Program-made: the position numbers and the translations under genes
Notes under the pieces: model-generated
Seen by the model: the letters and a program-made list of their open reading frames with translations, nothing else
Told to the model about the DNA's origin: nothing
Database searches by the model: none
Shown: positions 25,323-38,332 of the stretch, one piece after another
How the letters are laid out: each line of letters opens with the position of its first letter
Numbering within the stretch: position 1 is the stretch's first letter
From: Pavona decussata
Lineage: Eukaryota
Assembly (NCBI GenBank): GCA_977016875.1
Contig: CDRNST010000102.1
Location: 1,364,001 to 1,428,000 of the forward strand
Direction of reading: 5' to 3'
Length of the DNA: 64,000 nt

Positions 25323-28300
25323 ATGGCCAATTGGTGGCTAAATACTCTGGCCTTTCTGGCTAGTTTGAGCTTACTTTTATTCGCATTTGTGGTGGCAAAC
25401 TCTGACTTCTGTGGAACTGTTTTTGAATCTCAATCTGGTAAGAAGACTAAAGATAATCGACCTGTCATGTCCTTTCTTCTAATTTGTCCAGACGATAAAA
25501 TCATTCTATTTCCTTTTCTTAACGTACAGATCATGCTCTAGTTGGCCACGCCATTAAAACGGCTACTGTTGATGACGAGTTCGAATGCCAGCTAAAATGC
25601 ATTGCCAATGACAGTTGCAAGTCTTTTAACGTGCACCCGAGCAGTTCCAAAGCAAACCGCCGCATCTGTGAACTAAACAACAAAACCCGGCAGATGAAAC
25701 CAAAAGATTTCAAACCGAAGAAAGGATCGACATACTATGGCTCTGTAAAGGTAAGACTATGCGAATATACCTACCAGTGGTTGCACCTTGTTATCTTAAA
25801 ATTTGAATACGCCTACAAGATTAAGGATACAAGTTCCAAATATCAAACCACTGAGAACGTCTGCAGAACTCTCTCTTTCCTGATGCTTACCAACAAGTAG
25901 GGAGACTGTAGAAACAAGATTGGTGTAACAAGTGATTATCTAAAGCACGCGAACTAGATCTCGTCACCATTCAGTTTAGTGTAAACGATAAACCGGTTTT
26001 GGTGTCAGGATTGCTGATAGTAAATTTTTAAAATCATTAAAATAAGAGAAGACACACCAATTGGTTTCACTGTTTTCCCTGCAGTTCGTAGGGACAAGGA
26101 GTATTTTTAATAGAATAGTATTGGTTCTTTTTTTCTTTTTTTTTTTTGTATTAGTATCCTAGAATTTTATTATACTTAATATTTAGTTGGCATTAACTGT
26201 GTTTCCAATTAGCAGGTATGCTAAAGTACTTTGACACAAATTGTTGCTGTTGTTGTTGTTAGAAGCCCAGTCAACGAATACACCTAAGCGTTATAATCGA
26301 ATAATTCCTATTAGGCATTCAGCGGCCTTTTTACATTTTTTCGCTGGTAAAATTTCATCCACGATCTTAGATAATGGTATTAAAATTGGAGTAGTTTGGC
26401 GCCACTAAGAATTCAGCGTCACACACTTTGTTAGCTTATTATCTTGTTTTTGATAAGTCCAGTTTTGTTTAGTATCCGCAATAACGCAAAGGATCGTAAT
26501 TGACTTCATTAAACAATCTTAAAAACTTGCTATTTCAGATTATTCATTTCGCTTTACGCTCAAATGCTTGAAACCTGATGCAAATTTGCAGGATTGTCTC
26601 ATATTCTCATATTCACTTACAACACAGGTGTCCTGTATTGACAATGGCCGACAGCGCAAAAGACACATGTCGACCGCAAGGAGTGGCGGACACTGTCACC
26701 CGGGACACGCAGGGAAAAAATGTGCTGGTGAGTGACACTTTTACATTCATACGACGGGCAATCATTATATTTTGGGTGTTAAGGTTTGAACAAAAAATCC
26801 TCACCTGGCAACCTTAATCTCGTACCCAGTTGCTTGTCTTCGCTTCCGAAGAGTGAGAAGATTTCGGTACGAGATTAGGCAGCTCTACGTAAAGTGGTAA
26901 GATTGAAAATTGAAAGCTTCAGGAGAACACAAAGCAACAAGAAGCTGTAGACAGCCTGTACTCGCGGCGCCTTTAACATTGGTACTTGTACATTGTAGTT
27001 AGGTTCTAGCAAAAGGCGAAGACCTGCTACATGTTGGCAATGAGTGGTATATCTTCAGCTTCGATGTAAAAAATATAAAACAGTGCAAAACTGTCCTTTA
27101 GGTGTACAGTTGGCATGATGTTAGCCTAAACGTTTTTATATTTCTTCTTCTTAACATTCTCTCTCTTATAAAAGATGTAGCGATGATTAATCATCAAACT
27201 TCTACTTGTTCAGCCGAGGTATGCGCAAATAACAATCGCTATTTAAATAGAAATTTGATGCCAGATGAAAATACGGATTTATTGACCACTCACTGATATC
27301 ATTTTCTTTCTTTACTGATGCCTTGCAGTAGCGATCGGTTCCCATCCAGACCATCCCGCTCAGTCATGCAAACACATCCGGGATGTCGGAATCTCTAACA
27401 AAAACGGGGAGTACTGGATCGACCCCGAGAGCAATGGAAACCCTTTCAAAGTCTACTGTGACTTAACAACTGATGGAGGTAGGTCTGAAATTGCGCTTCC
27501 TTAAAAGACACACTGAAGCCTCCCCCCCCCCCCCTCCCCCACTGCAGCCCCCCAGTAGGGTGAAAACAATGGCTACAAGACTTGACATCTCCTCCTCCTT
27601 AAGGAGGGAGAGGGGGAGGGAAGTGCAATGCCAAAGGCGTGGGTTCACCACAAACGGAAGGGCACCAGGCCGACAACTTTAAACGGGCAAAAAGGCCTCA
27701 AAAAATTCTGCCCAAATGAAGCGTGTGTTTCTTGCATCTAAAATAAAGGGCTAAAGAGCTAAATAAAGAACTAAGGTTTAACCCATGCACCCTGCCTGGG
27801 TTTAACTAAAATTACCTTCTTTTTGTTTTTATCTTCCAGGCGTAAGTTTCTTTCCGATCGTTACATTACCAAGATAGTTATTTTACAGTGAGCATTGTCT
27901 TGACCATAATCAATAGCCTTTGTGTGACCCTAGCACCATTTACATTCTTTTGTTTTCGATTATCAAAGCGTAAATTTCTAGAACAAACAGAGGAGCGGTC
28001 ACATTACCAAAATAACTCACTAAAGTTACCGCTGTCTTAAACTGAAGACCAAATATAGTTAAGGGGTAGATGTGACCGTAACCAACATTTCATCATCTGT
28101 TCATCCTTTGAAACTTGCTCATTTCAGGTGGATGGCTTCTTGTTTTGAATGTGGTAATTAACAGTTCAGCCACCGCACCTCAGTTGTCCAAAAAGACGTC
28201 ATACCGTGGAATAAGCGGTTACCACAGCAACAGGATGGTTGTCAACAATAGCGCTATGAAGGAGCTGAGAGCGCACTTGTCTTTCACTCAACTGAGATTC

Positions 28301-28660
28301 CACTGCAGGAAGCAACAGGTGGGACGTACATTCCATGTGATCACAGCCGCTAACAGCTCTGGCGAAGCTGTAGTCCAGTACTTCAGCGGTCAGACGAATG
28401 TCTTGCCTGGTTCATGCGGCTCGTTTGTGAGAATGGAGAATGACAACTCGAGCTTAGCAAATGGTTGCAATCAGTGGGAAGCTAAAAAATGGAGCTCTAA
28501 CCGCTTTGGGGATAATGGCGACGGACGACTCTACCATCACGTTGCCATTGTATGGGGTAAATACCACTGGCTTCTTGGTACATACCAAGCGAGATGGGAA
28601 TGTGATGACTTAAAAGTTGGCCTGTCGCCGGGCGATTTCTGGAAAGTCTTTGTTCGTTAG
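25323..28660 (+). CDS. Secreted PAN/Apple + remnant EGF + fibrinogen-like protein, 372 aa (copy A); exons 25323-25437, 25530-25750, 26628-26727, 27329-27478, 28128-28660
   Basis: GT-AG introns; 1119-nt open CDS. Signal peptide [27 protein letters not shown]; PAN motif HALVGH..ECQLKC..CKSFN..CELN..YY; CHPGHAGKKC loop; fibrinogen/COLFI-like [24 protein letters not shown]. Exon sizes are identical in paralogue B. Confidence 0.9.
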
Positions 28661-29082
28661 GAACTGATCGGGCCCATAAATCAGTACTTGTAAATTAGCA
28701 TCAACGATCATGATTTTTTTTCACATTTGACCTTTGACGGTACACTTACACAGGCCTCTTGCGGCGGTCAAACATGCAGCGCCTGCGAATTCTCATCTGA
28801 TCTGTGAAAAGAAGGAATCCTTATCCGGCGCAGTCACTGAGGCTGATTTCTGCTTTGATTTTTCCATAAAGAAATCATACACTGCATACTATAAGTTTAT
28901 GTCCTATGACTCCGTTGTTTCAATTTCTACCAATGCCTTTTTAAGGCCTTTTTACAACTCATTTATTTTATTGTTCATGTAGAAATAGAACCTAGAGGAC
29001 AGGGGCTCGTTTGCTTTGGCTGTTGTTTGAACGAGGTCTGTCTACCATTGTACCGTACGTTCGGGAGATTCCTTAGCTCTTA

Positions 29083-29705
29083 AGCAGTGCTTCCTGCGGT
29101 GCTTTCTATTATGCTGTACAAGGTGATTGTAACGTTTGAGTCTCGGGATGAAATTCTAAACTGTGACCATTCTAATGAAAGCTACGTACTGAGCAGTGCT
29201 TCACTGTGGTGCTTTCTATTATGCTGTACAAGGTGATTGTAACGCTTGAGTCTGTGGATAAAATCCTAAAGTGTGACCATTCAACTGAAAGCTAATGCGC
29301 AGTACTTTCCTGTGCTGCTTTCTATCATGCTGTACAAGGTGATTATAACGTTTGAGTCTCGGGATGATATCCTAAACTGTGACCATTCAAATGAAAGCTA
29401 CTGATCATAGCAGTACTTTCCTGTGGTGCTGTTTATTATACTGTACAAGGTGATTTCTTTAGTCTTTAGATGAAATCCTAAAGTGTGACCATTGAAATGA
29501 AAAAGTAGCGCAATTCTGCGGTGTTGCTTCTTATGCTAGTAAGCGGTGGTTCTAAGTTTTCAGTCTGTGGATGGAATCCCCATGATTGACCATTCAAATG
29601 AAAGCTAATAAGCAGTACTTTCCTGTCACTGTTTTATATATTGTGCTGTAAAACATGATTCTAGCATTTGAGCCGAGGGATGAAATCCCAAAAGTGTAGC
29701 CATTC
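29083..29705. repeat. Satellite, ~106-bp unit x ~6
   Basis: Repeating GCAGTACTTTCCTGTGGTGCT...GATGAAATCCTAAAGTGTGACCATTCAAATGAAAGCTA. Confidence 0.9.
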
Positions 29706-29804
29706 AGGATCACCTTAGTTCGTAGGAGTCATCGGTCAGCACCAAGAGGCTCAGTAAGACTGTGGATCAAGGAAACAAAGCACAACTCAGTTAGAAAATT
29801 ATGG

Positions 29805-32800
29805 TAACAACATCAATAACATATCCTTTATTTTAACACAATCAGCTTTTAAGCATGAAAATGCTTGTAACGTCGTGAAAGGTAAAAACTACAAGATAAA
29901 AAATTTAATATGCATTTGAAATGGTACACTAATAGTGATATTTAGGAGCAAGAGGATAATAAGAGAAAATTAAAAGAAGTTGTGTGTTGAATATTAAAAC
30001 GTAATAACATTTGTAAACGGTGTAATGTCTGGGGAGTGATTGCACAGACTGGACGTTAAAGTGAAGTTCTTTAAATACTTTATCCTTTTTCACCTTATTG
30101 TAGAAAACGTTAAAAGTAAATCCATTGTACTTTGAGACGGCGTTCAATAAAATAGCACCTTTATGACTAATATAGTTTTTAAAATCGCGCTACAGTACTT
30201 GTATTATGTCTTTTAAGATTGTAGCCCGAAGGCTTGGAGCTTACCAAGTCAGACAGTGCTCGTAGGGCTTCGCCATTGAGCACTTTATAGATTAGTTTAA
30301 TTAAATGTAATTTGTATTGCATTGGTAACTGATTGTATTCCAGTTGCAGTGTCGGTATACCGCATCAGTTGGCATGTGTTGGGGTAGGTTGTAGATCACT
30401 CTGGCGGCTCCACGATGGAGTACCTCTAAATAATTTCGGTGTTCTAAATTATTACAACGTCCCCATACGACAAGGCCATATAAGACTGAAGGGAGGATGA
30501 CTTTAAAATACAAATTTAACAGGACTGCTCTGTTCAAGAATGAGTAGGTTCAACTTGTTAATAAAACTCTTCTTTACACAGATAAGATTCTAGTTTTGAT
30601 AAGAAGAGTCCGTTGTCAATAGTTACCCCCAGAAGGCGAATGTAATTAACCCACTCGATCCGTTCCTCACCAACAACTTCAGATTTAAGTGCTGGGATAA
30701 ACGGTTTTCTCTAAAGTAACATTGCTTCGCACTTTGCCGAGTGAGGTGTTAAAGAGTTCTCCAAGCACGTCTAGTTATTAATTTGGAGAGCGCGTCATGT
30801 AGAGGGGTGATTACGTTATCAACCGTGTTGCTGATACAATAAACGGTAGTATCGTCTCCGTACATAAATACAGTGCCGGAAGAAATGTAAGTCGGCAAAT
30901 CATTGGTATACATGGCGAATAGTGTGGGGCGTAATACTGAACCTTGAGGAACCCCTCTAGTGACATTTAACACTGATGAGCGCTGGACATGAACAGATGG
31001 AATTTTGAGATCGACCCGTTAGATAGTCGGTCATCCAAGACAGTAACTTCCTTTAGTGTTAAACTGAGGCGGGATTAACCTTATTTAATAGGATCTCATG
31101 AGAGATGAAGTCGAAAGCTTTTATGAAGTCAGCGAAGGCCACGGCAACCACTTGATTATTATCGATGGCTTTTCGCCAGGTTTCGGTGAGGTGAACCAGT
31201 AGTGGTTCGGTTCAGTACCCCTCCCTGTAGGCCCATTGGTAATCAGTACCCAATTTTTTTTAAAGAACGTGCTTCACAATAGTTTCCGTTACACACGATG
31301 CCATTATTTTGCTTGGGAAACTTAGGACCGAAACTACGCCTGTAGTTATTCATATCCAGGAGTTCATGTCTGTCTCACCTTCTTTCTTGTGAACTGGAAC
31401 GTCTGCAACCAGCAGAGCTTTTTACCATTCGGTTCTCCGAGGTGAGCACTGAATGAAAATAGGCAAGTTAGAGGTGCGGTGATGGATGGTTCAGCTAATT
31501 TCAATAGTTTGTCGTCAGGACCAGCGGCTTTACTAGGCTTGGGTGTCTTTAATTTCTTGCAAATAAAGTCTTCGCACACGTTGATTTCCGAGACTGAGGG
31601 GACTAAACTACCTTTATCATCGTTTCGCTGGATGTTGTCGCGAGGTCCGTCTCTCGTGCCTGTATCCAATAGTAACAAAACACTTGTTCATCGGATGAAC
31701 TTTTTCTTTGTCAGAGACCACACGGCTTAACCGTCTGAAGTCACGTTTTAAAGGACCAATTCGTTTTAGTCTGACTGGATCAGTCGCTTCCGTTATAAAG
31801 TTCCAGTAAGCCATCGGGAACTTTACCAAGGCTTTTTTCTCCCCGAAGTAACGAGTCTTTAGCATCAGCGTCATGGGCGAGGGGGCTGGGGGGGCTGCAG
31901 CCCCCCCTGTCGGAAAAAAAATAGTATTATTCGGGCAAAACGGATGTACCGTTAGGGCAAAGACATAGTAAAAAATATTTTATTTTTTAGTAACTTGATT
32001 TGGGCCGTGCTAGAGCAAGTGCTGAGGATAATGGAAGGCGTGGTCACTTTATCAAAGGATCGCGATCTCAAGACCTACAACGAAAGTAATTCGCTTCTCC
32101 ACTCAATTTGTGACTTTAAGTTTGTTTATGGCTAGATTGGTTTGAGGCTCATCTTATCCAACACTGATAATTTGAGTAGATATCTACAGGGAGAACAAAT
32201 GGATGTCATCACTGCCAAGAAGACTGCTGATGCTGTCGTTAAGACACTGAGCAATTGTCGCAATGAAGAGAGCTTCACTCAGATGTGGTCACAGGCTTTT
32301 TTTTTTAGCGCAAAAAATCAGAATAGGAATCGAGGGTACGAAATTTACTTTCAGAGATGCCAGGGTGCCTCGAACCAGACCATCACGCCGACTACGGGGG
32401 CCTTACTCAGTGGTGAGACACCTGCTGCAGCGAACGACAGCTCACAACAGACGCCAAAAGACCACTTTAGTATCATAGTTTATTACACAAGTATTGACAA
32501 AGTCGTCAGTGAACTTCAATCAAGGTTTGAGGGCAATGACCAGGAGGTTTTGTGCGCATTAGGTGAAATCGTATTCAGCCGTTCTCCAAGCATCAACAAC
32601 ATCCAGACTGTATCAAATTTCTATGATGTGGATAGTGAAATGCTATAAAGTGAGAAGTCAATCTTTGAAAACTACGACTGCGGGGGCCCATGCCAGAGAA
32701 GAAACGCAGCCGTGATGGTAAAGACCATGCATCAAAGTGGTCTCCATAACATTTTACCTGTTCTATATAAAGTTGCCTCCATGCTGGCCACAATTCCTGC

Positions 32801-33360
32801 AACCTCGTGCTCTGCTGAAAGGTCTTTCAGCGCCCTTCGCCGCATCAAGACATTTTTAAGATCCACAATGGGACAAGAAAGACCGACTTAGCAGTATCGC
32901 CGTTATTAACATTGAAAGAAAGTATGCAAACAAGACAATGCAGAATGACATACAAAGGATTATTGACATATTTGGGTCTCGAAGTAATCGTTCTTCATAC
33001 TTCGTTTAGAGCTCGAATGGGTACGTTTTATCTCTCGCTTCATGGTTTTGTATTTTAGAAATGTTGATCTCGATTTACCGAAAATATTTGCACTATTTTG
33101 AATGCCCGTGCTCTCACGGTATGGCGAAGAAAACTTGACGTCACGAAAGAACCATCTTGTGCATCTGTGACCAACAAGTTTCATTCGGGCAAATTATGTT
33201 CAGCCCCCCCAACAAAATTTTTCCCGTACGCCGATGGTCTTTAGGATCCTTAACTTGGTTGTGATTTCATTTCTGATTCTCTTATAGTTGGCGTAGATTT
33301 CCTGATCTTTCTCACTAACAGTCGTTATTTTAAACAGTTTGAACTTGTAATTCATGTTAT
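29805..33360 (-). mobile_element. 5'-truncated CR1-type LINE (RT), interrupted by a hAT element
   Basis: GVPQGSVL..LFAMYTNDLP..MYGDDTT, KAAGPD and LYFKVILPSVLYG motifs; AATAAA plus a GTT-rich 3' tail; the frame continues across the hAT (KLRILKT|RYFGEK). Confidence 0.85.
31863..33236 (+). mobile_element. Internally deleted hAT DNA transposon (C-terminal dimerisation domain)
   Basis: Perfect 8-bp TSD GTCTTTAG; TIRs CATCAGCGTCATGGG / CCCGTACGCCGATG; translation TIPATSCSAERSFSALRRIKTFLRSTMGQER. Confidence 0.9.
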
Positions 33361-33395
33361 TGTGGTTTGTGACGTTTAATGTTCGGCCCCACAAG

Positions 33396-33543
33396 TATAG
33401 TAACATGAAGTCCTAACTGACAGCTGACTGGCGATAGCGATCAGGGGGTTGTTGTGCATTGATTTGTGCATGCGGTGTGAATCGATCGTATTAAATCATG
33501 TTGTGTTTATGCCTGTGGTCTTGGTACTTTTCCGGACTCAACA
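33396..33543 (+). repeat. Gypsy 5' LTR
   Basis: TA...CA (TG mutated), directly followed by the PBS. Confidence 0.9.
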
Positions 33544-36500
33544 TGGTGTCAGAAGCGAGATCTTCCTACTAGCCTACAGCTGCTGAGATCAAACCAGTCG
33601 AAGAAACGATCGAATAGACGGCTTAATCGGTCAAAGTGAACGTGGTTTCAAACAAGATGGCGGAAAGCATGCCATTCGCCAGACCGCCGGAACCGCTGGA
33701 TATTTCGACGGGAAATCCTGCTCACTCGTGGGGGAAATGGAAACAAAAATTCGAAATTTACCTCAAGGCAATTGGAGCTTCAAAGAAACCCGATGAAATG
33801 AAAGTGGGGCTGCTTTTAAACCACATCGGCGAGCCGTGTTTGGAAATTTACTCAAATTTTACCTACTTATCCGAGCGTGACGACCCCGCGGGAGGAAAGA
33901 CAATCTTCCAGCCGAAAATTCCGACAACTACGCGAACTTTACGGCAAAGTTTGATGAATACTTTCAGAAACGGGACCCTCAACTCATGCTGCGAGAGAAA
34001 TTTTGGATTCACCTTAAACGAGAGCCGACGCAGACCTTTGATTCGTGCGTCGTGACTGTCAAAGAAAGAGCCGCCGAGTGCAAGTTTCCAGCCGATTTCT
34101 GTGAGCAAGCAGTCAGAGACAAACTTACCTTTTCCTACAAGGAAGACAATTACAAGCTAAAGCTCTATGACGAAGAAGCAGCCCTTTCACTCGAAAAGGC
34201 GGTAAAGACCCTGTCTTTGAAGGAAGCAACAAAACGCGAGTTACAAGAATCAAAAACTGCAGAGATTGAGAGTGTCACACCGCGAGGGAACAGGTCAGGC
34301 CCTAACTTTGATCAAGTTACAGAGCAAAGGAACCAGCGAGACTCTAAAAGGAAGCCCTTCCAAACAGTTGGCCGAAACTGTAGTTATTGCAACCGCCAGC
34401 ACCCCCCTGAAAGGGGAAACTGCCCAGCCGCAGATACACGATGCAGCAAATGCAATAAAATGGGGCATTTCCCTATCACATGCAAGAGTGTAAAAGTCAA
34501 CCAGGTTCTGAGAATGACCTAAGCCCCACATTTGTGGGAGGGGTAACCACACCCTCATGTTCCAATATTTCCAAATTAGAACCAGCTGCAAACCCTCAAA
34601 CCGGTAGGTCCGACGCTGGATTCCATGTCTAGCTCAAGGTCCAAGACCAAGACATGCTAACATGGTGCATCGACACAGGTGCACAAGTGTCTGTGATGCC
34701 TGAAGCCATCTACAAGTCATCATATGGGCCGCTTTCAAAATCCGACAGAGAACTTGTCGGAGCAGGGGATGTTCCTCTGGCGACCCTTGGATGTGCAGTC
34801 ATGAACTTCACTCTAGCTGGAACAGTCATCAAGGAACAAGTGTACATAGTCAGAGGGGCATCCAAGTTGCTTCTTGGAATACCTGCCATCCGAAGTCTTG
34901 GCCTTATCCATGAAATCCCAGGGACATACAGTGTCAAAGCTGTTCATCTGACGCCTGATAACCATACACTCCGATCAGGGACAAAGGAGGACGTTATCAA
35001 GTAGTACCCAACACTCTTTCAAGGCCTCGGCAAACTGGAGGGTGAACATACAATTCATTTAAAGGAAGGGACCACACCCTTTTGTCTGACCACTCCCAGG
35101 CGAGTACCACTGCCACTTATGAAAAAGGTGCAGGAACAGATCAAACGTATGGACAACTGGATGTTATTGAACCAGTAGACGAGCCGACGGAATGGTGTTC
35201 GCCGATTGTGGTAGTGCCAAAGGCCGACGGAAGGGTACGGATATGTGTTGACCTCACACGGCTTAACCAAGCAGTTCGCCGAGAAGTTTATCAAATGCCG
35301 ACGGTTGAAGAAACGCTGGGAAGCCTTACAGAAGGATCAGTATTCTCTAAGCTTGATGCTAACTCAGGGTTCCAGCAGATAGTCCTAAACGCAGAAAGTG
35401 CCAAGCTAACTACCTTTATTACACCTTTTGGCCGTGGGCAGTGTAGTGCCGCATGGACGATATTCTAGTCATTGGGAGAGACCAAGCGGAACATGATCAG
35501 CGACTTAAGCAAGTCCTTGACAGGGTAGTGGAGAGGAAACTCACGCTCAACCTTGAGAAGTGCTTATTTTCTCAAACCAGGCTCCAATACTTGGGCCAGA
35601 TCATTGACAGTGAAGGAATCAGGAAAGATCCCTCAAAGGTTAAAGCTATCACCGACATGGCAGAACCCCAGAACATTGCAGACCTGCGACGTTTCTTAGG
35701 ATTGGTCAACCACCTAATGAAGTTCTGTCCAGATCTGGCTGAGAAGACGAAACACTTACGAGACGTGCTCAAGAAAGAGAGTGCCTGGGTATGGGGCCCA
35801 GCCCAATAAGTAGCCTTTCAACAGTTGAAAGCAGACATGGCATCCGAGCAAGTTCTTGCACTGTACGATCCAGAAAAGGAGACCATGGTCTCATCTGATG
35901 CCAGCAGTTTTGGACTAGGTGCAGTTCTTTTGCAGAAGCAGCCATCCGGCGAAATGAGGCCAGTGGCCTATGCTAGCAGATCAATGACTGAGACAGAGCG
36001 TCGTTATGCCCAAATTGAAAAAGAGGCTTTGGCTATCACATGGGCACTTGAACACTGGGCAGAATTTTTGATCGGAATGAGATTTAAAGTAGAAACAGAT
36101 CACAAGCCATTGATTCCGTTGTTTTCCACTAAATTGATAGACGAGCTTCCGGTGCGCATACAACGTTTCAGGATGAGACTCATGAGGTGTGACTTTGCCA
36201 TCGCGCATGTTCCTGGTAAACTCCTGTACACAGCTGATTCATTGTCACGATCCCCCCAGGAAGGTAAAGCCCAGGAGTTCAAGTCATGGAAGGACCTTCA
36301 TGACAAAGTCGAGTGCTATGTGAATGCTGTACTAGTGACCTTACCTGCCTTGGACCAGCGGTTAGATGAGATACGTTCTGAGCTGAAGAACGACGACACA
36401 CTCAAAACCGTGATGCAGTATGTTCAGCATGGGTGGCCGGAAGAGAAACGAAGAGTCCATGGGCCAATAGCTAAATACTGGAGTGAGAGTGGCAACATAT

Positions 36501-37751
36501 CCCTTCAAAACGGGCTACTCCTGAGAGGACGACGAATCATTATACCTCCAAGGTTAAGAGCAGATGTACTAAGGCGTCTACATTATGGTCATCAAGGGAT
36601 TACCCAAAACGCGTGCGAATGCGGCCTCTTCGGTGTGGTGGCCCGGGATCTCCCAAGACATCACAAATGTCGTGCAAAACTGTGCCATGTGTGAGAAATA
36701 TCGCAGAGAACGCATTGAGCCAATGAAAGGTACTGAATTTCCGGATCGACCGTGGAGCAGAGTCGGCGTAGACTTCTTCCAGCACAAGGATAAACATTAC
36801 CTCCTGGCTGTAGATTACTTTACAAGAGATGTAGAGATATGTCGAGTGTTCAAGGATGTGAACTCTGCCCAGACTATCCTGCAGCTTAAAAGGGTTTTCA
36901 GTCATCACGGGATTCCAGACATCTTATCTACCGACAATGGCCCCCAGTTTGATTCACGTGAGTTCACCGCCTTCTCCACTGACTGGCAGTTTCAGCACGT
37001 AACCTCTTCTCCAAGATATCCCCAGGCCAATGGAGAAGTGGAAAGGGCAGTCCAAACTATGAAGATGGTCTTAAATAAGAGTAGAGACGAATACTTGGCT
37101 CTCCTGAATTACAGAGATACTCTGTTCCATCACGGTTACTCTCCAGCACAATTAAGCATAGGTCGGAAACTACGTACTAGAGTCCCTTGTCACCCAGATA
37201 AGCTGAAGCCAGAGACCCCTAACTATGATCACGTCAGAAGAAAAGAGAAGAAATACCGAGCAAAAATGAAGTTCGATTATGACCGGAGGCACAGAGTAGT
37301 AGAGGGAGAGGAGCTGTCATCTGGTGACCGCGTTTGGATCCCTGACCTGAAAGCATAAGGGACAGTAATTACGCAACACGAATCTCCAAGGTCCGTAGTC
37401 ATACAGACCTCAAATGGACAAGTGAGAAGGAACCGGAGGATGACACGAAGAGTTCTTGATAGAAGACCTCCAGCCTCACCCCAGAATGAGGGCTGTGAGA
37501 GTCACGAAGCACCACCAACAAGAGAGCTGAGCCCAGAGGGGCAAGGAGACTTCGGAGAACTGCCTGTCCCTGAGGACCAACCAGCAGTAAATGAGCCCTT
37601 ACAGCCTAAACCGCTGCTGACCCGCCTTAGAACTGGAGGAGCTCTTAGAAGACCAGAAAGACTTATTGAACAATGCTAAGATTAGTATTTATTTATGACT
37701 GTGGAACTGATGTACTTATTGACATTTAGTTAAGTTAAAAAAAAAGGAAGA

Positions 37752-37899
37752 TGTAGTAATATGAAGCCCTAACTGACAGCTGACCGGCGATAGCGATCAG
37801 GGAGTTGTTGTGCATTGACTTGTGCATGCGGTATGAATCGATCATATTAAATCATGTTGTGTTTATGCCTTTTGTCTTGGTACTTTTCCGGACTCAACA
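37752..37899 (+). repeat. Gypsy 3' LTR
   Basis: TG...CA, preceded by a polypurine tract; about 10 mismatches to the 5' LTR by hand count. Confidence 0.9.
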
Positions 37900-38332
37900 A
37901 CAAGCACTTGTGCTATAAACACTGCCGAGCGAAAAAAAAGTCATATAGTTATTTATTTTTTATGGTCCTCGTATTCTAATTGAATTATATCACATTACTG
38001 AGTTTAATAATATATTTTAATATAGGATTTAAAAAATAATTTCACAGCAAACTTAATCTAGATATACAAACAAACAAGAAATGTTGCTAGATCTTGCTTA
38101 TTTCATTAGATGTCGGAAAGATCAGAAGTTGACTCAATGGCCACTTTGGCCGGGTGTGGTCTAATGGCCAAAATCCAATGGCCGCCAAGCTTATCAAAAC
38201 TCTGGAATAGCATTATCCAATCATCCGTCTTTTAATAGGGAAAGATGCACAGTACCAACAAGGGTGTGAGTAGGGCAAGGTAACTTGGGGTTTGGCAAGG
38301 CCGGACTACATCCTTCAATACATAAAGATAAC

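Larger units (their letters stand above)
14440..29702. repeat. Tandem segmental duplication, copy A
   Basis: The block starting TTCAGGATC recurs at 14440, 29703 and 60526, with collinear homologous content. Confidence 0.85.
33396..37899 (+). mobile_element. Two-LTR but degenerate Ty3/Gypsy retrotransposon (gag-PR-RT-RH-INT)
   Basis: 148-bp LTRs, 5-bp TSD ACAAG, PBS TGGTGTCAGAAG (tRNA-Leu type) and a PPT. Motifs: CCHC knuckle, IDTGA, MDD, DASSFGLGAVL, TDHKPL, TDNGPQF, GEVER. Multiple frameshifts and stops. Confidence 0.95.
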
